Source of the DNA: Alphaproteobacteria bacterium
Lineage (GTDB): Bacteria > Pseudomonadota > Alphaproteobacteria > MPNO01
Reading direction: 5' to 3'
DNA: 64,000 bases
NCBI GenBank assembly: GCA_965248835.1
Contig: CBDFLJ010000001.1
Location: 736,001 to 800,000 of the forward strand
Shown here: in pieces, positions 56,963 to 64,000 of the stretch
Layout of the letters: every line of letters starts with the position of its first letter
Position numbering within the stretch: the stretch's first letter is position 1
The notes under the pieces: generated by a model
Databases searched by the model: none
Told to the model about the DNA's origin: nothing
The model's input: the letters and a program-made list of their open reading frames with translations, nothing else
Position numbers and translations under genes: made by a program

Positions 56963-58612
56963 ATGGTCCCGGGCCGCCGACTGCCGAACGAGGGCGCCTC
57001 CGGACGGCACCCGATGATCAAGGCCTTTTCATCCGCGATGCTGTCGCCCCTGACGTGGCGCGTGCTGACGATCAACATCCTGGCCCTCGGGGTTCTGGTG
57101 GCGGGACTTCTGTATCTGGGCCAGTACGAGGAAGGGCTTATCGAGGCGGAGATCGAATCGCTCAACACCCAGGCCGAGATCTTCGCCGGCGCACTCGGCC
57201 AGGGCGCGGTGGGCACCGGCGAAGACGGCGCCCAGTCGATCCTGACGCCGGTCGCTCGGCCGATGCTGCGGCGGCTGGTCGCGCCGACGCGGGCCCGGGC
57301 CCGGCTGTTCGGCGCCGAAGGCGCGCTGATCGTCGACAGCCGGACCCTGACCGGCCCCGGTCACCCGGTCCAGGAAGAGCCGCTGCCGCCGCCCGATCAG
57401 GAAGGCTTTTTCGGCGCGCTGCTGCTCGATGCCTACGACCAGGTCCTGCGGCTGCTGCCCTCCCGCACCCGCCCGCACGCCTATACCGAGCGCGCGGTCG
57501 AGCGGGCCAACGACTATGCCGAGGTCATCGGCGCGCTCAACGGTGAGACCCGGGTCAACATCCGCTACGACCAGGAAAACCGGATGGTCCTGATCGTCGC
57601 GGTCCCCGTTCAGCGCTTCAAGAAAGTCCTCGGCGCGCTGATGCTGACCGTCGGCGGCAAGGAGATCGAAGCCGGCGTGCGCGACGTCCGGTTCGGGATT
57701 CTCAAGGTCTTCGGTATCGCCCTGTCGGTCACGGTGATTCTTTCGTTCTACCTCGCCGGCGCGATCGCCCGGCCGGTGCGCCGCCTGGCCGAGGCTGCCC
57801 GCGGCGTGCGCCGCGGCCAGTCCGAGATCTCGCAGATCCCCGACTTTACGTCGCGCCGCGACGAGATCGGCGATCTTTCCGGCGCCCTGCGCGACATGAC
57901 CGCAGACATCCAGACCCGCATGGAGGCGGTCGAGAGCTTCGCGGCCGATGTCTCCCACGAGATCAAGAACCCGCTGACGTCGTTGCGCAGCGCGGTGGAG
58001 ACCGTCTCGCGGGTCAAGAACCCCGATCAGCAGCGCGAGCTGATGGCGATCATCGAGCAGGACGTAAAGCGGCTCGACCGGCTGATCTCGGATATCTCCA
58101 GCGCCTCCAGGCTCGATGCGGAACTCGCCCGCACGGCTATGGTGGAAATCGACATCGCTCGGCTGCTCCAGACCCTGGTCGAGGTCCACAGTTCGACCGA
58201 TACCGGCCGCCGGAGGCCGCTCGAGCTCGAAATCGAATTCGAATCGCCGATCGTCAACGGGATTGAAACCAGGCTCGTGCAGGTCTTCCAGAACCTGTTG
58301 TCGAATGCCTTCTCGTTCAGCCCCGAGGCCGCCGCGGTCCGCATGAAACTCGCGCGCGAGAACGGCGCCTACGAGGTTACGGTGGACGATGCAGGACCCG
58401 GCATCCCCGAGGAGAATCTCGATTCGGTCTTCCAACGCTTCTACAGCCAGCGGCCGGACGGCGAGGATTTCGGCAACCATTCCGGGCTGGGGCTCAATAT
58501 CTCGCGCCAGATCGTCGATGCCCATGGCGGCACGATCTCGGCCATGAACCGCTATCGCGAGGACGGCGATATCGAGGGCGCGCGCTTCACCGTCAGGTTG
58601 CCGCCGGCCTAG
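56963..58612 (+). CDS. chvG: Sensor histidine kinase ChvG/ExoS
   Basis: SPLT.R.L.IN, HAMP domain, DVSHEIKNPLTSLRSAVE, HSGLGL; start codon uncertain. Confidence 0.93.
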   Translation: MVPGRRLPNEGASGRHPMIKAFSSAMLSPLTWRVLTINILALGVLVAGLLYLGQYEEGLIEAEIESLNTQAEIFAGALGQGAVGTGEDGAQSILTPVARPMLRRLVAPTRARARLFGAEGALIVDSRTLTGPGHPVQEEPLPPPDQEGFFGALLLDAYDQVLRLLPSRTRPHAYTERAVERANDYAEVIGALNGETRVNIRYDQENRMVLIVAVPVQRFKKVLGALMLTVGGKEIEAGVRDVRFGILKVFGIALSVTVILSFYLAGAIARPVRRLAEAARGVRRGQSEISQIPDFTSRRDEIGDLSGALRDMTADIQTRMEAVESFAADVSHEIKNPLTSLRSAVETVSRVKNPDQQRELMAIIEQDVKRLDRLISDISSASRLDAELARTAMVEIDIARLLQTLVEVHSSTDTGRRRPLELEIEFESPIVNGIETRLVQVFQNLLSNAFSFSPEAAAVRMKLARENGAYEVTVDDAGPGIPEENLDSVFQRFYSQRPDGEDFGNHSGLGLNISRQIVDAHGGTISAMNRYREDGDIEGARFTVRLPPA

Positions 58613-58616
58613 CGCG

Positions 58617-59060
58617 ATGGCGGTGATCCATGCCACCTGCATTGCGATCGGCTCCTGCGGCGTCCTGTTGCTGGGCCCTTCGGGCGCCGGCAAGTCGGAT
58701 CTGGCGCTGCGGCTGATCGACGGCGGGGCGGCGCTGGTGGCCGACGACCAGGTCGTGCTGCGAGCCGAAGGCGGGGTGCTGCAGGCCAGCCCGCCGCCCG
58801 TGCTCGCCGGCCGTTTGGAAGTCCGCGGGATCGGCATCGTCGATCTGGACTGGCGGGCGCCGGTCGCGGTGGGTCTCGCCGTGGAGCTTGCTGAGGCGGA
58901 GCGGCCGCGCCTTCCCGAAACCACGGTTTGGCGGCACGAGGGCATCGCGATCGCCCGCATCGCGGTCTGCGCTTTCACGTCCTCGGCGGCGGCGAAGGTC
59001 CGGCTTGCCGTGCGCGCCGCGCGGACCGATAGTGCCGGCGCAGACGCCGAGGCCCGATGA
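58617..59060 (+). CDS. hprK: HPr kinase/phosphorylase (short alphaproteobacterial type)
   Basis: HAT, GPSGAGKS, LVADD, LEVRGIGI. Confidence 0.9.
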   Translation: MAVIHATCIAIGSCGVLLLGPSGAGKSDLALRLIDGGAALVADDQVVLRAEGGVLQASPPPVLAGRLEVRGIGIVDLDWRAPVAVGLAVELAEAERPRLPETTVWRHEGIAIARIAVCAFTSSAAAKVRLAVRAARTDSAGADAEAR

Positions 59061-59992
59061 TGGAGACCCCGAACCAGACGCCCGGACTTGCCGAGGATCC
59101 GGCCGAGGTGTGCGCTGCGGCCGAACCGGTCGATCGGGTCGTGGTGGTGACCGGCATGTCCGGAGCCGGCAAGACCGTCGCGCTTAAGGCGCTGGAGGAC
59201 ATGGGCTACGAGACGGTCGACAACCTGCCGCTCCGCCTGGTGCAAAACCTGATCGGGACCAACAGGCACGGGCAGAGGCCGCTGGCGCTCGGGGTCGATA
59301 TCAGGACGCGCGACTTCGCCGCCGAAAGGTTTCTGACCGAGATCGACGGGCTGAACGGCAATCCCCTTATCGACGCCGAGCTTGTGTTCCTGGACTGCGA
59401 GGACGAGGTCCTGCGCCGGCGCTATTCGGAGACCCGCCACCGCCACCCCCTGGCCGAGCGCGGACGGCTGAGCCAGGCCATCGCGCGCGAGCGCGCGCTG
59501 CTGGCGCCGCTGCGCGAGCGGGCCAACCGCCTGATCGACACCAGCGGGCTCAAGCTCGCGGATCTGAAGCGTATCCTGGAAGGCGCCTGCGGACGGGCCG
59601 GCGCGCCGGGGCTCACGGTCTCGGTGCTGTCGTTCTCCTACCGCCACGGCCTGCCGCCGGAGGCCGATATCGTGCTCGACGTCCGGTTCCTCAAGAACCC
59701 GTTCTACGAGCCGGATCTTGCCCGGCGCGACGGCCGGGATCCGGCGGTCGGCGCGTTCGTCGAGGCCGATCCGGCCTTCGCGGCGTTTTTCAGCTCCTTG
59801 ACCGGCATGCTGGAGGCGGTGTTGCCGCATTTCGATGACGAGGGTAAGAGCTACCTGACCATCGCGGTCGGGTGCACCGGCGGCATGCATCGTTCGGTGT
59901 TCGTCACCGACCGGCTGGACGCCTGGTTGCGCACACGGGGCCAGCGGGTGAGCGTGGCCCACCGCGACCTGCCGGCCGCGTCCGGATCCTAG
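59057..59992 (+). CDS. rapZ: RNase adapter RapZ
   Basis: TGMSGAGKT, DNLP, ETR.RHPL, DVRFL.NP, GCTGG.HRSV. Confidence 0.93.
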   Translation: MMETPNQTPGLAEDPAEVCAAAEPVDRVVVVTGMSGAGKTVALKALEDMGYETVDNLPLRLVQNLIGTNRHGQRPLALGVDIRTRDFAAERFLTEIDGLNGNPLIDAELVFLDCEDEVLRRRYSETRHRHPLAERGRLSQAIARERALLAPLRERANRLIDTSGLKLADLKRILEGACGRAGAPGLTVSVLSFSYRHGLPPEADIVLDVRFLKNPFYEPDLARRDGRDPAVGAFVEADPAFAAFFSSLTGMLEAVLPHFDDEGKSYLTIAVGCTGGMHRSVFVTDRLDAWLRTRGQRVSVAHRDLPAASGS

Positions 59993-60005
59993 GAGGAATG
60001 CCGCG

Positions 60006-60419
60006 ATGGCGCTGATCGGGATGGTGCTGGTGACACATGGCGGCCTCGCGCGCGAGATGGTCGCCGCGCTCGAGCATGTGGTCGGTGCGCAGGAACTGGT
60101 GGAAACCGTCTGCATCGGCCCAAACGACGACATGGAGCAGCGCAGGCGCGAGATTGCCGAATGCATCGCGCGGGCCGATGACGGCAGCGGGGTGATCCTG
60201 CTGACCGACATGTTCGGCGGGACGCCCTCGAACCTCGCCATCTCCTTGATGAACGAGTGCAACATCGAGGTCATCGCCGGAGTCAACCTGCCGATGCTGG
60301 TAAAGCTCGCCAGCGTGCGGGGGCGCGAGGGGCTGGCCGCCTCCGTCGCCGCGGCCCAGGAAGCCGGACGCAAGTACATCAGCGTTGCCTCCAAGCTCCT
60401 GGAAGAGCGGGCCGAATGA
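60006..60419 (+). CDS. PTS EIIA (mannose/fructose family)
   Basis: VLVTHG, LTDMFGGTPSN, GVNLPML. Confidence 0.93.
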   Translation: MALIGMVLVTHGGLAREMVAALEHVVGAQELVETVCIGPNDDMEQRRREIAECIARADDGSGVILLTDMFGGTPSNLAISLMNECNIEVIAGVNLPMLVKLASVRGREGLAASVAAAQEAGRKYISVASKLLEERAE

Positions 60420-60700
60420 GCGAACGCCGCCGCGCGGTGCGCCGCGCGGTCGAAGTCATAAACGAACGGGGCCTGCACGCACGCGTCGCCGCCAGAATCG
60501 CCGCGACGGCCGAAGGGTTCGATGCCGACGTCCGGATCGGCTGCAAGGGCCAGGATGTCTCCGCGTTGTCGATCATGGGCCTGCTGATGCTGGCCGCCTC
60601 GACCGGCACCAGGCTGGAGCTCGTGGCGAGCGGGGTGGAGGCGAAAGCGGCCGTGGAGTCGCTGGCGGCGCTGTTCGCGGCGGGGTTCGAGGAGACATGA
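60416..60700 (+). CDS. HPr/NPr phosphocarrier
   Basis: [15 protein letters not shown]. Confidence 0.92.
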   Translation: MSERRRAVRRAVEVINERGLHARVAARIAATAEGFDADVRIGCKGQDVSALSIMGLLMLAASTGTRLELVASGVEAKAAVESLAALFAAGFEET

Positions 60701-60817
60701 CGCTGCCGCGTCCGCCGAACGGTTGCCTTCCCGCAGCCCGACTTGCTATATGGCGGACCTCGGCCTTGCGGTCGCGCGCCGGCCCTTGATCGCGCCAGCC
60801 ATCCCGGTATCGAAATC

Positions 60818-60859
60818 CTTCAAGGCCGTCCAAGACAACTTCAAGGCCGTCCAAGACAA
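60818..60859 (+). repeat. 21-bp tandem duplication directly before the ahcY RBS
   Basis: cttcaaggccgtccaagacaa x2. Confidence 0.88.
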
Positions 60860-60869
60860 GGAGTACCCG

Positions 60870-62165
60870 ATGCCGCCTGCCGAAGATTTCAAAGTCGCCG
60901 ATATCTCGCTGGCCGAGTGGGGCCGCAAGGAAATCACCATCGCCGAGACCGAGATGCCCGGCCTGATGGCGCTGCGTGCGGAATATGGCGGCTCGAAGCC
61001 GCTCGGCGGGGCCCGGATCGCCGGCTGCCTGCACATGACCGTGCAGACCGCGGTCCTGATCGAGACCCTGACGACGCTCGGCGCCGAGGTGCGCTGGAGC
61101 TCGTGCAACATATTCTCCACCCAGGACCACGCGGCGGCAGCCATCGCCGAGACCGGAGTTCCGGTCTTCGCCTGGAAAGGCATGACCGAAGAAGAGTTCT
61201 GGTGGGCGATCGACCGGACCATCGAAGGACCCGACGGCTGGGCGCCCAACATGATCCTCGATGACGGCGGCGATCTCACCCTGGTGATGCACCAGCGCTA
61301 TGACAGCCTGCTCGACAACGTCCGCGGCCTTTCCGAGGAAACCACCACGGGCGTCCACCGGCTTTACGAGATGGCCCAGAAGGGCACGCTTCGTGTTCCG
61401 GCGATCAACGTCAACGATTCGGTGACCAAGTCCAAGTTCGACAACCTCTACGGCTGCCGCGAAAGCCTGGTCGACGGCATCAAGCGCGCGACCGACGTGA
61501 TGGTCGCCGGCAAGATCGCCGTGGTGGCGGGGTATGGCGATGTCGGCAAAGGATCGGCGGCCTCGCTGCGCAACCAGGGCGCGCGGGTGCTTATCACCGA
61601 GATCGACCCGATCTGCGCGCTTCAGGCCGCGATGGAAGGCTATGCGGTGGTGACGATGGACGAAGCCGCTCCGGCCGGCGACATCTTCGTGACCACGACC
61701 GGCAATATCGACGTGATCACGCTGGAGCACATGCGTCAGATGAAGGATCGCGCCATCGTGTGCAATATCGGGCACTTCGACAGCGAGATCCAGATCGCCG
61801 CGCTCAGGAACTACAAGTGGGACAACGTCAAGCCGCAGGTCGACGAGGTCGAGTTTCCCGACGGCAAGCGGCTGATCGTGCTGGCGGAGGGCCGGCTGGT
61901 GAATTTGGGCTGCGCCACCGGCCACCCGAGCTTCGTGATGAGCGCCTCGTTCACCAACCAGGTGCTGGCCCAGATGGAGCTGTGGCAGAACCATGCCGAC
62001 TACGACAGGAAGGTCTATGTGCTGCCCAAGAAGCTCGACGAGAGGGTCGCGGCGCTGCATCTGGACAAGCTCGGCGTCAAGCTCACCAAGCTGACCGAGG
62101 ACCAGGCGAAATATCTCGGCCTCGAGCGCGAAGGCCCTTACAAGCCCGAATATTATCGATATTGA
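60870..62165 (+). CDS. ahcY: Adenosylhomocysteinase
   Basis: [44 protein letters not shown]; AAGGAG RBS. Confidence 0.97.
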   Translation: MPPAEDFKVADISLAEWGRKEITIAETEMPGLMALRAEYGGSKPLGGARIAGCLHMTVQTAVLIETLTTLGAEVRWSSCNIFSTQDHAAAAIAETGVPVFAWKGMTEEEFWWAIDRTIEGPDGWAPNMILDDGGDLTLVMHQRYDSLLDNVRGLSEETTTGVHRLYEMAQKGTLRVPAINVNDSVTKSKFDNLYGCRESLVDGIKRATDVMVAGKIAVVAGYGDVGKGSAASLRNQGARVLITEIDPICALQAAMEGYAVVTMDEAAPAGDIFVTTTGNIDVITLEHMRQMKDRAIVCNIGHFDSEIQIAALRNYKWDNVKPQVDEVEFPDGKRLIVLAEGRLVNLGCATGHPSFVMSASFTNQVLAQMELWQNHADYDRKVYVLPKKLDERVAALHLDKLGVKLTKLTEDQAKYLGLEREGPYKPEYYRY

Positions 62166-62186
62166 GCCCGAAGCCGGGCAAATCCG

Positions 62187-62684
62187 ATGACCGCGTCCGG
62201 GTCCGGCGTCTGGGCGCTGCCATCGCGGACCGCGACCGCGGGTCTCGCGGGAGTGCTGGCCGGGATTGCCCGAAATTGCGACGTCATCGGTCTGGCCGGG
62301 GCGCTGGGGACCGGCAAGACGACATTCGCGCGGGCCTTCATCAACGCACGCGCGGACCGGGCAGGGCTGCGGCCGGTCGAGGTGCCGAGCCCGACATTCA
62401 CGCTGGTCCAGTCCTATGAGATCGGCGGGGTCGAGATCCATCACTTCGACCTCTACCGGCTTGAGGCGGCGGATGACGCGCTGGAGCTCGGCATCGAGGA
62501 TGCCTGGGCCGACGGCATCGTGCTGATCGAATGGCCCGAGCGGTTGGGATCGCTGTTGCCCGGCCGCGCGCTCATCGTCACATTCGAGCTCGGCGCGGCG
62601 CCCCAAGCCCGGCAGGCGATGATCGAGGCGCCCGGCGACTGGCAACGGCGTATCGGAGACCGGCTTGAGCGCTGGCGCGCGTGA
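62187..62684 (+). CDS. tsaE: t6A biosynthesis ATPase TsaE
   Basis: GALGTGKTT, VPSPTFTLV, HFDLYRL, LIEWP. Confidence 0.93.
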   Translation: MTASGSGVWALPSRTATAGLAGVLAGIARNCDVIGLAGALGTGKTTFARAFINARADRAGLRPVEVPSPTFTLVQSYEIGGVEIHHFDLYRLEAADDALELGIEDAWADGIVLIEWPERLGSLLPGRALIVTFELGAAPQARQAMIEAPGDWQRRIGDRLERWRA

Positions 62685-63684
62685 TCCGGCAATCGGGGAC
62701 TTCATGGCATCTGCCGGCTGGGGCGGTGCAGCGCTTGTCCCGCTCGCCCAGGACGCCTCGTTCCGCCGCTATTGGCGGGCGGGCCGCGGGCGCGAGACCG
62801 CGGTGCTGATGGACGCCCCGCCGGACCGCGAGCGCACCGAGCCCTATCTCGCCATCGCCGGCCATCTGCGCGGCCTGGGCCTCAGCGCCCCGGCGGTGCT
62901 GGCGGCGGACACGGTTGCCGGTCTGCTGTTGCTCGAGGATCTCGGCGAGGACACCTTCACCCGCCTGCTGGCCCGCGGCGCCGACGAGCCCGCGCTCTAC
63001 CGGCTTGCAATCGATGTCCTGATCGCGCTGCACGCCAACCCGCCCGGCCGCGCGGTCCCCGCCGGGTTGCCGCGCTATGACGACGGCCTGCTCGCGGCGG
63101 AGGCCGATCTGCTGATCGACTGGTACGCGCCTTCCGTCCTCGGCAAGCCGATCGGCGCACACGCGCGCGCCGCCTACCGCGCGCGCTGGAAAGCGGCCTT
63201 CGAGACCGCGCGCGGGGTGCCCGAGACCCTGGTGCTGCGCGACTACCACGTCGACAACCTGATGAGGCTCGCCGGCCGCGAGGGGATCGCCGCCTGCGGC
63301 CTGCTCGATTTCCAGGACGCGGTCGCGGGGCCGGTGAGCTACGATTTCGTCTCGCTGGTCGAGGACGCGCGCCGCGACCTGGCGCCCAATCTGGCGGCCG
63401 AGATAAGGGCGCGGTACCTGGCCGCGTTTCCGGCCCTGGACGCCGCCGCCTTCGATGCCTCCTGCGCGGTGCTCGCGGCCCAGCGCCACTGCAAGGTGCT
63501 TGGGATCTTCACCCGGCTTTGCGTGCGCGACGGCAAGCCCGGCTATCTCGTCCACATCCCGCGGGTGTGGCGGCTGCTGGAAGCCTCGCTCGCCCATCCG
63601 CGCCTTGCGCCGATCCGCGATTGGCTGGGCCGGAACTTGCCGCCGCCGGCGCGTATCATCCCGCGGCGGGAGAGCGCCGCATGA
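62665..63684 (+). CDS. amgK: Phosphotransferase, AmgK-like MurNAc/GlcNAc 1-kinase
   Basis: DASFRRY.R, LLEDLG, RDYHVDNL, LDFQDA..G, KVLGIF.RL..RDGK. Confidence 0.8.
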   Translation: MSAGARDPAIGDFMASAGWGGAALVPLAQDASFRRYWRAGRGRETAVLMDAPPDRERTEPYLAIAGHLRGLGLSAPAVLAADTVAGLLLLEDLGEDTFTRLLARGADEPALYRLAIDVLIALHANPPGRAVPAGLPRYDDGLLAAEADLLIDWYAPSVLGKPIGAHARAAYRARWKAAFETARGVPETLVLRDYHVDNLMRLAGREGIAACGLLDFQDAVAGPVSYDFVSLVEDARRDLAPNLAAEIRARYLAAFPALDAAAFDASCAVLAAQRHCKVLGIFTRLCVRDGKPGYLVHIPRVWRLLEASLAHPRLAPIRDWLGRNLPPPARIIPRRESAA

Positions 63685-64000
63685 GGCCCCGATGCGCGAT
63701 GGTACTCGCCGCCGGGCTCGGGCTGCGCATGCGGCCCCTGACCGAGACCGTGCCCAAGCCGCTGATCATGGCTGGAGGCCGGTCGATGCTCGATCGGGTG
63801 CTCGACCATCTCGAAGCCTTCGGGATCGAGGCCGTGGTGGTCAACAGCCATTATCTCGGCGATCGGATCGCCGCCCATTTGAGCGCCCGGGCGAAGCCAC
63901 GGACAACGTTGTCCGCCGAGGAGACGTTGCTGGAGACCGGCGGCGGGGTGGCCAAGGCGCTGCCCCTTCTGGGCGATGAGCCTTTCTTCGTGATCAACGC
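63681..64000 (+). CDS. murU: Nucleotidyltransferase, MurU-like (truncated by window end)
   Basis: AMVLAAGLGLRMRPLT...PKPL, LLETGGG; ATGA overlap with the amgK-like gene. Confidence 0.8.
   Translation, partial: MRPRCAMVLAAGLGLRMRPLTETVPKPLIMAGGRSMLDRVLDHLEAFGIEAVVVNSHYLGDRIAAHLSARAKPRTTLSAEETLLETGGGVAKALPLLGDEPFFVIN

Noticed and set aside
57029-60478. Very long antisense and alternate-frame ORFs (1149 aa here; also 18195-20774 N-terminal part, 50460-53090, 17473-19773)
   Set aside because: Shadow ORFs typical of high-GC DNA; they overlap well-supported genes and lack family motifs
60701-60869. SAH riboswitch upstream of ahcY
   Set aside because: I could not find the conserved core by eye; an Rfam covariance search would be needed

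Overview
High-GC alphaproteobacterial chromosomal segment, Rhodospirillales-like by inference from the pckA/chvI-chvG-hprK-rapZ-EIIA-HPr-ahcY-tsaE-amgK-murU block at the right end. Most of the window is accessory aromatic/N-heterocycle catabolism: three Rieske oxygenases, a Mo-hydroxylase L-M-S set, a benzoate-CoA-ligase-like enzyme, amidases, hydrolases and flavin monooxygenases. It also holds a queA-tgt-X-queG-dusA tRNA-modification cluster and an island of two tandem autotransporters flanked by decayed remnants. Main observations: (1) two genes that the ORF track splits at an in-frame TGA look like selenoproteins, each with a SECIS-like hairpin: an AhpD-like CxxU protein inside the queuosine cluster and a signal-peptide-bearing UxxC peroxiredoxin-like protein next to a perfect 24-bp palindrome; (2) a highly divergent GroEL paralog, with no groES beside it, lies downstream of a Rieske oxygenase in the same gene run; (3) a compact reductive-dehalogenase-like protein and a CblC/QueG-like Fe-S protein; (4) autotransporter paralogs share a promoter, leader and barrel but have different repeat-built passengers, one carrying several mutually compensating frameshifts. 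I saw no rRNA, tRNA or CRISPR array. All family calls come from motif recognition by eye, not database searches.
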